DNA of 64,000 nucleotides from an uncultured Verrucomicrobiae bacterium (GCA_963813025.1 CAWEXO010000009.1:96001-160000); one strand, 5' to 3'. Positions 1 to 10,478 are shown, counted from the stretch's first letter. Program-made: numbers and translations. Notes: a model not told the origin generated them from the sequence alone.

Positions 1-182
1 TCCATCCGCACGTCACCGTCGGGCGCGCCAAAGGCATTTCGCAGCAAGCGATCCGGCCCTTTCTACGCAGCCAGGCAGATACGGAATTCGGTATGTTCTG
101 GGTGACGGGCTTTGCGCTTTACTCGAGCGTGCTGGCTGAGGAGGGCGCTACTCATCGAATCGAGATGCGACAAACATTTTAA
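1..182 (+). CDS. thpR: RNA 2',3'-cyclic phosphodiesterase (2'-5' RNA ligase), 3' part only
   Basis: Frame 3 reads HPHVTVGRAKG...FALYSSVLAEEGATH...TF* (second HxT motif of the 2H phosphoesterase family); not in the ORF track because it is cut by the window edge. Confidence 0.8.
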   Translation, partial: HPHVTVGRAKGISQQAIRPFLRSQADTEFGMFWVTGFALYSSVLAEEGATHRIEMRQTF

Positions 183-184
183 AA

Positions 185-1006
185 ATGCGTAATACGCGGC
201 TCCAATACATCTTTCGCTTGAGAAACGCTCTAGCGAGCCGCTACTGGTTCTGCCTGGTTGTCTTCGCGCTCCCGGGTGCGCTCCGCGCTGATTGGAAACG
301 GGCGTCTGACGACGCCCGAGAGTTTCATTCGGCCGGCATCGAAGCCCTTGATACCGAAATCTTTGCCGACGGTCTCCGAGCCGAGCTGATCGTCGCAATC
401 TTTTCGTCAAAAAAGTACGGCCTCCGGATTCGGACGGCGGACGAGCAAGTAAACTCAGCCGCCAAGGCAGCGGAACGCGAGCATTGCGTGGCGGCGATCA
501 ATGGCGGTTATTTCCGGGAGGATAGGACACCGGTTGGGCTCCTCATGGTATCCGCCGATCTCATCCACCCGTTGGGACATGCCCCGCTCCTTTCCGGCGT
601 GCTGCTGGCGCGGGCCAACCAAGGACCGGAGATTATTCGCACCGGGCAATTGGGTTCGCTGGCAGGAATTCGCGAAGCGGTGCAGTCGGGACCATTTCTC
701 GTCGATCGCGGCGTTTTAGTGAGAGGTTTGGAAAGCACGCAAACCGCGGCCCGGTCCTTTGCCTTTGTCACTGCGGACGGCCGTTTTGGTTTGGGGATTT
801 GCCGGTCCGTGACTTTGGCGCAGCTGAGCCGAGTTTTGACTTCATCCGAAATTGGGAAGTACTGGCGAATTACCCGGGCGCTCAATCTCGACGGCGGCTC
901 CTCGACCGATTTCTTTCTGCGAATTGATGATACCGATTTCTCTTCGCCCGGCTGGATCGGCGTTCAGAATTACATCATCGTCACCCGGAAAGCAGCGGGG
1001 GATTGA
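185..1006 (+). CDS. Phosphodiester glycosidase (NAGPA/DUF2233) family exported protein
   Basis: AAINGGYF, QSGPFLV, ARS and ALNLDGGSST motifs; hydrophobic N-terminus. Confidence 0.85.
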   Translation: MRNTRLQYIFRLRNALASRYWFCLVVFALPGALRADWKRASDDAREFHSAGIEALDTEIFADGLRAELIVAIFSSKKYGLRIRTADEQVNSAAKAAEREHCVAAINGGYFREDRTPVGLLMVSADLIHPLGHAPLLSGVLLARANQGPEIIRTGQLGSLAGIREAVQSGPFLVDRGVLVRGLESTQTAARSFAFVTADGRFGLGICRSVTLAQLSRVLTSSEIGKYWRITRALNLDGGSSTDFFLRIDDTDFSSPGWIGVQNYIIVTRKAAGD

Positions 1007-1165
1007 TCTACGAGACCGCGCCTCAGACCGACCAGATCTAGTGGAAAACAGATGGTTGAGGGATCTGGCCCGACCCTTGTGCGGCGGCCTCGCTGAGGTT
1101 GCCGCGGAAATTTCAATTGATCTTCGGAGAGATCTGGCCCAGTCTCGCCGATTCTTTTGTGGTGT

Positions 1166-1648
1166 ATGAATTGTAGAAGACTCGTCGTATTTACGATGGC
1201 TGGTGTGCTTGGCTTCCTGCCTTTGACCGTTTTCGCTCTTACCCCCGACCAACAAGCATTGATTGACGCCTACAAGGGACCTTTCGGGCCTTATCTAAAC
1301 GCCTTGCAGGAACTCGGCCGGGCTTTGGATGCAGCGAAGCGTGATACCGACGTAGTAAAAGCGGTTGATCACTTTTGTGACCAGGCAAATCAGTTCGTCG
1401 ATGATTTCAACAACACGAAGGACCGCTACCACGACTCGGAGATCCTGCGCTCCATCGATAACGATCCGGAGGCGAAGAAGTTAGTCGACGACTTCATGCA
1501 AGACGTCAAAAAGAAGATGGAGGCCGACCAACCGATCTTTGACCGGTTGGTGAAGGCTTTGAACAAATATCCGAACTCGGCCGAAGTGAGACGCGTTAAA
1601 GACCGGGCATCAGCAACCTTTCAACGTATCCAGCTGCTCGGGGTGTAA
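1166..1648 (+). CDS. Hypothetical secreted alpha-helical protein
   Basis: ORF with signal-peptide-like N-terminus (RRLVVFTMAGVLGFLPLTVFA) and protein-like composition; ATG at 1166. Confidence 0.7.
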   Translation: MNCRRLVVFTMAGVLGFLPLTVFALTPDQQALIDAYKGPFGPYLNALQELGRALDAAKRDTDVVKAVDHFCDQANQFVDDFNNTKDRYHDSEILRSIDNDPEAKKLVDDFMQDVKKKMEADQPIFDRLVKALNKYPNSAEVRRVKDRASATFQRIQLLGV

Positions 1649-1663
1649 TAGATCCAACATCCG

Positions 1664-1751
1664 CTAGTGCGCCGTCTCATATATAACGATGACGTCGCCG
1701 CAGGTCAGTTGGCTGTTTTTCAAGGCGGTCCGAGCCGGACTGGCAGTAGAA
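1664..1751. repeat. MITE-like element family A, truncated copy (left end plus start of module 1)
   Basis: CTAGTGCGCCGTCTCATATATAACGATGACGTCGCCGCAGGTCAGTTGGCTG... is near-identical to 10479-10566; no right end found. Confidence 0.85.
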
Positions 1752-1885
1752 CGTGGAAGTCGTGAAAGCAGGTGGTTTGACGGCCCCCTATTTATCCATT
1801 GTCTATCCGGGATAGAAACAAAAGTGCGACGGGTCAAAGGGAATCGCATTCCGGGTGCTCCGGGCATTCGACCGCAATTCCTCAG

Positions 1886-2509
1886 TCACTCCTCCGCCGG
1901 TCCGAGGACCTCCCGAACCAGCGAGGCTCGCCGCTCATGTTCGCTGTCGTCCAGGACAGGTTCAGCGGGAAGTTCAGCCGGAGCCGGCGGCAACTCAATC
2001 CAGGAGCGGCAGCCTCCGAACTCGGGTTGAAAGGGCACCTTCCATGGTTCCACCAACCGAAAGGCACGGAAGAAGGCCACGTAAAGGCCTGGAGGATTGT
2101 CGTAACGGAATCGTTCCTGGAGAACCTCGCCGGCGAGCCGATGCAGTGGGTCCAGCACCCGGAGACTGGCCAGATCGGTAATGAAAGAGGACAGTTCGAC
2201 GTGCAGAAATCCCCGGATCACGACCGGATTTGTCTCGGTAAATTCCTCCGGCGGCGTCAACCGCAAGCGCTCAGCTTGCGCGTGGAAAAAGGTGGGATAA
2301 AGAAAGAATCGATCGAACCGGAACCGGAAACCTTCGCGCCCTTCGGCCAGACCTCCCTTGCGAAAAATCAGACTCGTTTCTCCGCGGACAATCGAGTCGC
2401 AAACGAGCGCCCATTCCTTGAAAGCATGAGCGGGCCGAGGTAAGGCTGCCCCTCGTTGATCAGGCGCCGCCGCCGTTGGTGCGGTCGAGTCAGAATTCGT
2501 TTCAGGCAA
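1886..2509 (-). CDS. DUF1802 family protein
   Basis: AFKEWALVC...G...LIFRKGG.AEG, FFLYPTFFH and GGCRSWIEL motifs; TTG start preceded by GGAG. Confidence 0.85.
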   Translation of the reverse strand: MPETNSDSTAPTAAAPDQRGAALPRPAHAFKEWALVCDSIVRGETSLIFRKGGLAEGREGFRFRFDRFFLYPTFFHAQAERLRLTPPEEFTETNPVVIRGFLHVELSSFITDLASLRVLDPLHRLAGEVLQERFRYDNPPGLYVAFFRAFRLVEPWKVPFQPEFGGCRSWIELPPAPAELPAEPVLDDSEHERRASLVREVLGPAEE

Positions 2510-2592
2510 GGCTACTCTCCAATCCTCTTCTAACTTTCATCGATCGATTTCCAATGGCAATAGGATGCTTTAAGGCTTAGTTAAGCAGGCTC

Positions 2593-3306
2593 ATGCCACT
2601 GAAGATCGACCTTCATTGCCATTCGTTTTTTTCGGGCGACGGAGTGAGCAGCCCGGAAGAATTGATCAATTCCGCGCGTAAGAAGGGCCTGAACGGCTTC
2701 GCGATCACTGACCACAACACCTGCGATGCGGTGAAATACATGATCGACCGCGGGCTGATGCGCGAAGACGGCAAGCCCGTTGACAATTTCCTGGTGATCG
2801 CGGGCGTCGAGATCACTACGGCGGAGGGCCACTTGTTGTGCCTGGGCGCTGAACTTCCCGATCTCAAAGGACATCCCGCGCTCGAGGTCTGTCATTTGAT
2901 CCATCAAGCCGGCGGATTAGCGGTTCCGCCCCATCCGTACGATCTGTTTCGAGCTGGTATCCGCGAGAACGTTCTGGATAGTTTGCCGATCGATGCCCTC
3001 GAGGTCTTCAACGCGGCGACCACGCTGAAGCGCTACAATCGACAAGCCGCGGAGTACGCACTGCGCCGCAAGCTTCCGATGACCGCGGCCAGCGACGCGC
3101 ATCATCATGCGGCGATCGGGGTGGCTTGTACGATCCTCCACACCGATGATTTCAGCGTTCGCGGAGTACTGTCCCAGATCCCGCGCGAGAACGAGCTGAG
3201 TCAGCAGTATCTTTCCGTTCGCGATAGCGTCAAAAAAACGATGTACAACTGGTTTCGGTTGCGCAAACGCAAGTCGGTCGACGAGCGCCTGTCGGAAGAC
3301 GTGTGA
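2593..3306 (+). CDS. PHP-domain metal-dependent phosphoesterase
   Basis: DLHCHS, ITDHN, GVEI...GH, HP and SDAH metal motifs. Confidence 0.9.
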   Translation: MPLKIDLHCHSFFSGDGVSSPEELINSARKKGLNGFAITDHNTCDAVKYMIDRGLMREDGKPVDNFLVIAGVEITTAEGHLLCLGAELPDLKGHPALEVCHLIHQAGGLAVPPHPYDLFRAGIRENVLDSLPIDALEVFNAATTLKRYNRQAAEYALRRKLPMTAASDAHHHAAIGVACTILHTDDFSVRGVLSQIPRENELSQQYLSVRDSVKKTMYNWFRLRKRKSVDERLSEDV

Positions 3307-3336
3307 GGAGAACTCAGAAGCGTCCCTGAATTCTTT

Positions 3337-4509
3337 TCACTTCAACCGCACCGCCCTGGTCTTGTCGAGCCGCAGAATAGTTCCCGAAGCGGCGTCCAGG
3401 GTGGCTTTCGGATCAGTAATCTTCTGACCTTCGTGTTGGACACTGCCTTGTTCGATCAGTCGTCGGGCATCGCTGCGGGACCTTTTCTGCCCGAACCCGG
3501 TGCGGTATGCCTCGACCACCGCCGATACGACGTCTCCTTGAAGCGCGTCGGCACTGACTTCGGGCAACTCGGCGGCGCCGAGATCGCGTTTCCCAAATCG
3601 GATCTCAAAATCCTTCATCGCTTTTTCGGCGGAGTCGCTCTCATGGAATTGGGCAACGATTCGGAAACCCAATTGTTTTTTTGCCTCAAGTGGATGGATC
3701 GCAGGCATCTCCTCGAGCAAAAGCACCCTATAGTAGCGCTTCATCAACTCATCAGAAATGCTCATAATCTTGCCAAACATTGCCGGCGCCGGTTCATCGA
3801 TACCGATATAGTTGCCGAGGCTCTTGCTCATTTTCTGTTTGCCATCCAGGCCTTCCAAAATAGGCAACAAACAGGCGACCTGCTGCGGTTGTCCTTCGGA
3901 TCGCTGCAGATCGCGTCCGACCATAATATTGAAGAGCTGATCGGTCCCGCCTAGTTCTACATCCGCCCGGATCTGCACCGAATCCCAACCTTGCATTAAC
4001 GGGTATTGAAGTTCATGCAGAAACACGGGCACTTCCTGATCCAGCCGGGACCGGAAATCTTCGCGTTGCAGGATTTGCTGGATCGTTAAGCGGCTATTGA
4101 GATCGATGACGTCCATCAACGACATCTTGCGAAACCAATCGCCGTTGAACAGCATCTGGGTTCGAGCCGGATCCAGAATCTTGAACGCCTGCGCTTTGTA
4201 GGTTTCCGCGTTGGCCATCACTTCCTCGTAGGTGAGAAGAGGCCGGGTCGCAGAGCGCCCACTCGGGTCTCCCACAATTGCGGTGACATCGCCGATAACA
4301 AGAATGGCCTGATGTCCGAGATCCTGGAATTGACGAAGTTTTGTGAGACCAACCGAATGTCCCAAGTGCAGGTCGGGCGCTGTCGGGTCAATCCCCAGCT
4401 TCACGCGAAGCGGGCGGCGCTCCTCCAGTTTTTGCCTGAGTTCCTGCTCGTTGACAAACTGAGCGTCGCCACGGCGAAGCTGCTGCATGATCTCTTCAAT
4501 CGAAGCCAT
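3337..4509 (-). CDS. tyrS: Tyrosine--tRNA ligase
   Basis: GIDPTAPDLHLGH (HIGH), YPLMQGWD, GGTDQLFN, KMSKS and a C-terminal S4 domain. Confidence 0.97.
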   Translation of the reverse strand: MASIEEIMQQLRRGDAQFVNEQELRQKLEERRPLRVKLGIDPTAPDLHLGHSVGLTKLRQFQDLGHQAILVIGDVTAIVGDPSGRSATRPLLTYEEVMANAETYKAQAFKILDPARTQMLFNGDWFRKMSLMDVIDLNSRLTIQQILQREDFRSRLDQEVPVFLHELQYPLMQGWDSVQIRADVELGGTDQLFNIMVGRDLQRSEGQPQQVACLLPILEGLDGKQKMSKSLGNYIGIDEPAPAMFGKIMSISDELMKRYYRVLLLEEMPAIHPLEAKKQLGFRIVAQFHESDSAEKAMKDFEIRFGKRDLGAAELPEVSADALQGDVVSAVVEAYRTGFGQKRSRSDARRLIEQGSVQHEGQKITDPKATLDAASGTILRLDKTRAVRLK

Positions 4510-4645
4510 GTGATATTTTGTGGCTGGCACGCTCCATCAGAACAGAAGGCAAAGCAAGACAGCGGTGGGTTTCAGTCGCTCAGCTTCCGAGGTTGACAAG
4601 GTTACCGGGGTGCTTCACTTTGCCGGCTCTCACGTTCCAGCTTTC

Positions 4646-4819
4646 ATGAAACCCACCTATCAACCTTCCAAGCGCACGCGAAAGCGCCAACACGGCTTCC
4701 GGGCCCGGATGAAGACCAAGGGCGGTCGCGCGACTTTGGCAAGACGCCGGCAGCGTGGACGTCGCCGGCTCATTCCGGTTGGAGCAGAATTGCCCTACGC
4801 CCGCCATACGCAGGCTTAG
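4646..4819 (+). CDS. rpmH: 50S ribosomal protein bL34
   Basis: [45 protein letters not shown] at 4646; TTGACA at 4593 upstream. Confidence 0.97.
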   Translation: MKPTYQPSKRTRKRQHGFRARMKTKGGRATLARRRQRGRRRLIPVGAELPYARHTQA

Positions 4820-4825
4820 TGGCCT

Positions 4826-5212
4826 ATGCCCGACGAACCACCCCGTACGCTAAGACGCTTCCGGTTCACGCGATCGGCGCGTCTCCGCAGCGCGGCTGAT
4901 TTTCGCGAGGTCAGGCTCAATGGCAAATCCTGGACCGGCAAATTTTTTGTTCTGGCAGTGCTCCGGGGGGGTGATCAGTTGCCCGCGCGCCTGGGGATCA
5001 TCACGACTCGACGGCTCGGAATAGCGGTCCTGCGAAATAGAGTTCGCCGACAGATCCGGGAGATCTTTCGCCGGCACCAGCACCGAATCGCGCGAGGTGT
5101 TTGTCTGGTAACGATCGCTCGCCAATCCGCGCTGGTGGCCGCATTGAGCGAACTGGAGCGAGACTGGTTGCGACTGGCGGAACGCGCCTCTATTTTAGCT
5201 GCCGCTGCGTGA
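4826..5212 (+). CDS. rnpA: Ribonuclease P protein component
   Basis: [25 protein letters not shown] (RNR motif); synteny with rpmH. Confidence 0.95.
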   Translation: MPDEPPRTLRRFRFTRSARLRSAADFREVRLNGKSWTGKFFVLAVLRGGDQLPARLGIITTRRLGIAVLRNRVRRQIREIFRRHQHRIARGVCLVTIARQSALVAALSELERDWLRLAERASILAAAA

Positions 5213-5249
5213 TCTCTTGCAGGGTGCTGGCGTACGATTAGCAGACAAA

Positions 5250-5516
5250 ATGACAAGGGTTTTGAGATTTTTATTGTGGCTCTACAAAGCGACGTTCTCA
5301 CAGTGGCTGACGGCGATCACCGGAGGTCCGGGAACTGGCTGTCGTTTTGAACCGACGTGCTCTGAGTACTTAGTCGCAGCCATTGAAGCGCACGGGGTCC
5401 TGATGGGATCGTGGCTCGGGCTGAAACGACTGGCCCGGTGTCATCCCTGGGGCGGCTCTGGTTATGACCCGGTCCCGCTGAAGCAGGTTCCCGTCCACGA
5501 CCACTTCCATAAGTAG
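5250..5516 (+). CDS. yidD: Membrane protein insertion efficiency factor
   Basis: [10 protein letters not shown]...[14 protein letters not shown]. Confidence 0.95.
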   Translation: MTRVLRFLLWLYKATFSQWLTAITGGPGTGCRFEPTCSEYLVAAIEAHGVLMGSWLGLKRLARCHPWGGSGYDPVPLKQVPVHDHFHK

Positions 5517-5523
5517 GAGAAGC

Positions 5524-7281
5524 ATGTTTCGAGATCGCACGACAGTGATCGTTGTCAGCCTGGCCGTCATCGGCTTGATTGCGTCGATTTTCTGGCAAGA
5601 GGAAGAGTCCACTAAAGCCCGGCTGGCGTTTGAAAGCCAACGAGCTTTGGCTGCGGCTGCGGTTGCACCGGGTGCGTCGGTATCGCCCGGAACAAACGGC
5701 GCGGCAAGTCCGGCGCCTCCGGCGGCGGTGGCCCCCGTGCCGGCCGAACCGAAAACCAACGAGCCGGAAGTCACCGCGACATTGAAGGGTAATGTCGCGC
5801 AGCTATTATTTTCGAATAATCGAGGTGGCCTTCAGAGGATCTCCCTCTTGAGTCATAAGGCGGAGGACGACAAACCGGTCGAACTTAACAACGACGAATC
5901 GCCGGCGATCGGAGCCATCACCAGAACGCCTGATTCCTGGCAGGACTCCGGATATCAGATCACGACCGATCAAGCGGGAGGCAAAATAACCCTCCACCGC
6001 ACTTTGCCCAACGAGCTTTCCGTAACGAAAGTGTTCACGCTGGCGCCGCAAGCCGGCCTGAAGGAAGACTACCAGATCAAGTTTACGCTGACCTTCAAGA
6101 ACGAAGGGGCCACCGATCTTTTTAACCCGGGTTACTTTGTCAGTACGGGCGGCGCGCAGCCGATTCATCAGACCGATTATGCCATGCGAACGGTGTTCGA
6201 CTGGTACCGGGACGGCAAGTTCACTTCTATTAATGTGGGGTGGTTCGATCCGGGCAGATTCCTCGTCGTGCAAACCCGGCCTGCTCGGGATATCTACCTG
6301 GAGAGCGCCGCTTCGATCCTCTGGGCGGCGGTCGGAAGTCAGTATTTCACCACGATCGTTTCGCCGCAAAACGAGACCGCGAGACAAGTCTGGGCCCGGC
6401 GGATTTTTCTTCCGTCGACCGACGGTCAGACGGAGCCCGCATCCATGCAGGGGGCGCTTGGGCTGTCGGGGTTTACGCTCAAGCCCGGTGAATCGAAAAC
6501 TGTCGATTTCCTGATCTATGCCGGTCCGAAGGAGCTCGATCGGTTGAGCAGACTGCCCAACAACGAGGCTGCGGTTCTGAGTTTCTCAATCTGGACCCCA
6601 CTATGCAAAATTCTCCTGACGGCGCTGAATACCATTCACGCCTACGTGGGTAACTATGCGCTTTCCATCATCATTCTCACGATCCTGATCCGAATGCTGA
6701 TCTGGCCGCTCCAGAACGCAAGTATGAAAAGCATGCGCAAGATGGCGAAGCTCAGCCCGATCATGACTGAGCTTCGGGAGAAGTACAAAGACGATCCCCA
6801 ACGCCTCAATCAGGAGGTGATGAAGGTTTATAAGGAATACGGGGTTAACCCTGTAGGCGGCTGTTTGCCTCTTCTCGTCCAGTTGCCGATCTTTGCCAGC
6901 TTCTTTACCATGCTGGGCTCGATGAGCGAGCTGCGAAACAGTTCTTTCCTTTGGGTGCGCGACTTGTCGCAACCGGATACCGTGGGGCACATCCTCGGTT
7001 TTCCGATCAATATTTTGCCTTTGGTGATGGGCGCTGCGCAAGTCTGGCAGATGCGTATCACTCCAAGGACCGGTGATCCGGCGCAGCAACGCTTGCTTTA
7101 TTTTACGCCGCTGGTGTTCCTCTTCTTCTGCTATAACTACGCGTCCGGTCTTTCTCTTTATTGGACAGTGTCAACTCTCTTTACCGTGTTCCAAACGTAC
7201 CTGACCCGGAACCAAACCGACCCTCAGCTCACGAAAGTCGTCAAACGCCCGGCAGTTGCGAAAAAGAAGACTTACCGATAA
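5524..7281 (+). CDS. yidC: Membrane protein insertase
   Basis: YAGPK, GVNPVGGCLPLLVQLPIF, FLWVRDLSQPD and ASGLSLYW motifs. Confidence 0.97.
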   Translation: MFRDRTTVIVVSLAVIGLIASIFWQEEESTKARLAFESQRALAAAAVAPGASVSPGTNGAASPAPPAAVAPVPAEPKTNEPEVTATLKGNVAQLLFSNNRGGLQRISLLSHKAEDDKPVELNNDESPAIGAITRTPDSWQDSGYQITTDQAGGKITLHRTLPNELSVTKVFTLAPQAGLKEDYQIKFTLTFKNEGATDLFNPGYFVSTGGAQPIHQTDYAMRTVFDWYRDGKFTSINVGWFDPGRFLVVQTRPARDIYLESAASILWAAVGSQYFTTIVSPQNETARQVWARRIFLPSTDGQTEPASMQGALGLSGFTLKPGESKTVDFLIYAGPKELDRLSRLPNNEAAVLSFSIWTPLCKILLTALNTIHAYVGNYALSIIILTILIRMLIWPLQNASMKSMRKMAKLSPIMTELREKYKDDPQRLNQEVMKVYKEYGVNPVGGCLPLLVQLPIFASFFTMLGSMSELRNSSFLWVRDLSQPDTVGHILGFPINILPLVMGAAQVWQMRITPRTGDPAQQRLLYFTPLVFLFFCYNYASGLSLYWTVSTLFTVFQTYLTRNQTDPQLTKVVKRPAVAKKKTYR

Positions 7282-7308
7282 CCTTGGTGTTTCCGCTGAA
7301 AGTGCGTT

Positions 7309-7773
7309 ATGGAACCGAAAGAAATCCTTGACACAATGTTGGGGTATCTCGGTTTTGTCGTCGATATCCAGGAAAACGAGACCGAGAATGGGCCGCAGCT
7401 GCAAATTTACACCGCTGAGTCAGAAGCGCTGATCGGTCCGGAAGGTGCGACCCTCGAAGATCTGCAATTCTTGCTTAACCGTGTCCTTCACGCGCACGAC
7501 CGAACCGCGCCGCGGGTGCACGTCGATATCTGCCATTGGCGCGCGATGCGGGATGACAAGCTCCGGCAGCGCATCCGCCAGATTGCCGACTCGGTCAGGC
7601 GATCGGGTCGTCCGGTCAAGTTGGAGCCGATGAACTCATACGATCGGCGGGTTGTTCACAATGTCTTGAAAGATGATCCGGAGGTGATGAGCTTTAGCCC
7701 GGCGGACGAGGCGCGCATCAAACGCATTACGATCCAGCGCCGGAAGCGGGAGCAGGCAGCTCGAGCCGAATAA
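7309..7773 (+). CDS. jag: Jag/KhpB-like RNA-binding protein (KH plus R3H, no N-terminal Jag domain)
   Basis: LIGPEGATLEDLQFL (KH), PMNSYDRRVVH (R3H); synteny after yidC; 3' end overlaps convergent plsC. Confidence 0.85.
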   Translation: MEPKEILDTMLGYLGFVVDIQENETENGPQLQIYTAESEALIGPEGATLEDLQFLLNRVLHAHDRTAPRVHVDICHWRAMRDDKLRQRIRQIADSVRRSGRPVKLEPMNSYDRRVVHNVLKDDPEVMSFSPADEARIKRITIQRRKREQAARAE

Positions 7774-8365
7774 TCGACTCCATCACCTCGTCGCTAAACT
7801 GCTGATACGATTCTCGTCCTTTTGCCTCAACCTGTTCCCCGGTGAAACGCATCGGAGTACCCACGACAATCGCGATCGGGCACAACCTGAGCCTGCCATT
7901 CTTCGGGAGTGCGGTAAACGAACCAAAAATCCGGATTGGCACGACGGGCGCCAGTGTTCGAGCGATTACCATCCCGAGGCCGGCTTTGGCTCGCTGCGGA
8001 CGCCCATCAATCGAGCGCGTGCCTTCCGGGAAAATAATCGCGCGATTTCCCTCTTTGATAATTCGAATTATGGTCTTGATCGCTCCCACGTCGCCCCGGT
8101 CGCGATCAACCGGCACCACGTTGACCGCTCGCAGCAGTGCTCCAAAGAGCGGATTACTGAAGAGCGTGCTTCGGCCGAGATAATGGATTTCCCGGCGATG
8201 AACACAGCCGATCAAGGGCGGGTCGAGATAACTTTGGTGATTGGATGCGAGAATCGCCGGACCGTCCTCGATTAAATTTTCTCGTCCATAGCAGCGGAGA
8301 TTGAAGCCGATCCGCGTAAGCAGGCCGATAGAGGTATGGCCTATCCGGTAAATAGCTTTCATCAC
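7727..8365 (-). CDS. plsC: 1-acyl-sn-glycerol-3-phosphate acyltransferase
   Basis: NHQSYLD and FPEGTRS motifs. Confidence 0.92.
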   Translation of the reverse strand: MMKAIYRIGHTSIGLLTRIGFNLRCYGRENLIEDGPAILASNHQSYLDPPLIGCVHRREIHYLGRSTLFSNPLFGALLRAVNVVPVDRDRGDVGAIKTIIRIIKEGNRAIIFPEGTRSIDGRPQRAKAGLGMVIARTLAPVVPIRIFGSFTALPKNGRLRLCPIAIVVGTPMRFTGEQVEAKGRESYQQFSDEVMESIIRLELPAPASGAGS

Positions 8366-8368
8366 TGC

Positions 8369-9040
8369 TCACTCAAGCGCACGGGCGGCCGCAAGCCCTT
8401 TCTTTTTCAGGCGTCCGACAATTTCTCCGACAACTCCATCAATGGTGAAATGCGAGCTGTCGATGACCTCAGCATCTTCGGCAATGATCAGCGGCGCAGC
8501 TCTGCGCGAGGAGTCGATCTGATCGCGAAATGCGAGATCGTCCTGGACACCCTGGGCTGCCCGGCGTTGGGCGCGAACCTCCGGGGAAGCGTCAATATAG
8601 AACTTATAGGGTGTTTCCGGGAAGACTACCGAACCGATGTCTCGGCCTTCCATCACGATGTTGTCCGTTGACTGAAAATTTCGTAAGTGTCCGAGCAGGA
8701 AATTTCGAACTTCCGAGATCGTCGAAAACGCTGAGACGGTTCGATTCACAATCGGGTCCTTCAAATGGGCTTCCGGATCGACGCCGTCAACCTGGAGAAA
8801 AGATTCCCGGTTCCGTAAGCCGAAGGTGAACGTAACCCGACTCATTTCCTGCAGTACGGACGGGATATCGTTCGGTGAAACCCCTCGGGTCGCCATTAGC
8901 CAGGCAACCGCACGATAGAGCGTTCCACTATTGACATGCGAAAAGCTCAGGCGGCGGGCCAGAGCGCGCGCCACGCTACTTTTCCCGGAAGCGGCCGGCC
9001 CGTCGATCGCCACGACTGTGAAAGAGGATTCGTCGCTCAA
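8369..9040 (-). CDS. cmk: Cytidylate kinase
   Basis: AIDGPAASGKSS, EGRDIGSVVFP, RDQIDSSR. Confidence 0.96.
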   Translation of the reverse strand: MSDESSFTVVAIDGPAASGKSSVARALARRLSFSHVNSGTLYRAVAWLMATRGVSPNDIPSVLQEMSRVTFTFGLRNRESFLQVDGVDPEAHLKDPIVNRTVSAFSTISEVRNFLLGHLRNFQSTDNIVMEGRDIGSVVFPETPYKFYIDASPEVRAQRRAAQGVQDDLAFRDQIDSSRRAAPLIIAEDAEVIDSSHFTIDGVVGEIVGRLKKKGLAAARALE

Positions 9041-10392
9041 TCGTGTTCCAAGGCCTCAGCTGGGTTAATGACGGGCGTCGCCGAAGATTCCGCCGGGGCC
9101 ATAAAGCTTTCGAGCTGGTCCGCAAAACCAGGATAAGAGGTTGCGATACACTCAGTATCTTCAATCACAACTGGTTCTTCAGCGAACAAGCCGGCGATCG
9201 CAAAAGCCATGGCAATCCGGTGGTCTCCGTAGCTCCTCAAACGTCCGCCTAAGAGCGGAGCACCGCCATTAATCTCCAAACCATCTTCGCGCTCGACAAT
9301 GTCGGCTCCCAACGCGATCAGATTGGTGGCGATTGCGGCCAGTCGATCAGTCTCTTTCACGCGCAGTTCCGCCGCGTCCCGGATTACCGTCTTGCCCTCT
9401 GCCAATACTCCAGCTACGGTCAGAATCGGTATTTCATCGATGAGGTTGGGGATTTCCGCGCCCTCGATCACGGTGCCGTGCAGGCGCGTTCCCTGGATGC
9501 GGATTTCGCCTTCTGGTTCGCCGTAGGATTCGTCTTCAACGACTTCTCTGATTCGTGCTCCCATCCGCAAAAGAACTGAGAGGAAGCCGGCCCGGGTCTC
9601 GTTCAGACCAACTCCGCGGACCAGCAAGTCAGCCTCGGGTTGCGCGGCGGCGGCTACCAGCCAGAATGCGGCGCTCGAGATATCGCCGGGCACGTTGAAA
9701 TCACGCGACTCAGCGACTTGGTCGCCATGCATCGAGACAATGAATCCGCTTCCGAGCGGTTCGCGCTGCACTTGCACCAGGAAGTAATTCAAAAGGCGTT
9801 CGGTGTGGTCGCGGGTCGGCAATGGTTCGATCACTACCGTCTTACCGGGCGCCGCTAATCCGGCCAACAGAATCGCACTTTTTACCTGTCCGCTCGCAAC
9901 CGGCAATTCGTAACGAATTGCCTGAAGCCGGCCACCGCGAATTCGCAGTGGAGCAGTCGACTTTGGACCCGTAGTCTCGATGAGCGCGCCCATGCGACTT
10001 AGCGGCTCAACGATTCTTCGCATCGGCCTTGAAGACAGGGAAGCGTCCCCCACCAGGACTGTCTCGAAAGGCTGGGAGGCCACAAGGCCGGCGAGCAGTC
10101 GCATCAATGTTCCGGAGTTGCCGCAGTTAATCGGGTGTTCGGGCGCATGCAGACGCCCGCCCTGGCCATGCACAATCAAAGTCGTTTCTTCCGCCTGCTC
10201 GATTTCAATGCCGAGATCGCGTAACGCCTGGACCGTGCAAAGGCAGTCCTGGCTTGGAAGAAATCCGCGAATGACACAAGTGCCGTTCGATACACCGGCA
10301 ATCATCACTGCCCGATGCGAAATGCTCTTGTCGCCGGGTACCCGGATCTCGCCTTCGATTCGCGGGGCTTTATCAACGGTCAACTCAGACAT
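9037..10392 (-). CDS. aroA: 3-phosphoshikimate 1-carboxyvinyltransferase
   Basis: PGDKSISHR, NCGNSGT, ELRVKETDR, DHRIAM. Confidence 0.97.
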   Translation of the reverse strand: MSELTVDKAPRIEGEIRVPGDKSISHRAVMIAGVSNGTCVIRGFLPSQDCLCTVQALRDLGIEIEQAEETTLIVHGQGGRLHAPEHPINCGNSGTLMRLLAGLVASQPFETVLVGDASLSSRPMRRIVEPLSRMGALIETTGPKSTAPLRIRGGRLQAIRYELPVASGQVKSAILLAGLAAPGKTVVIEPLPTRDHTERLLNYFLVQVQREPLGSGFIVSMHGDQVAESRDFNVPGDISSAAFWLVAAAAQPEADLLVRGVGLNETRAGFLSVLLRMGARIREVVEDESYGEPEGEIRIQGTRLHGTVIEGAEIPNLIDEIPILTVAGVLAEGKTVIRDAAELRVKETDRLAAIATNLIALGADIVEREDGLEINGGAPLLGGRLRSYGDHRIAMAFAIAGLFAEEPVVIEDTECIATSYPGFADQLESFMAPAESSATPVINPAEALEHD

Positions 10393-10478
10393 AAGTGGGT
10401 GAAAGGTTCTGGGTGGTCAATATACCGTCTCGACTGCAACGAGAGTATGGAGCCAGGCGAAGCGGCACATTTGAGGCA

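Noticed and set aside
1799..2443. 214-aa + strand ORF
   Set aside because: Antisense to the DUF1802 gene, which carries the conserved motifs
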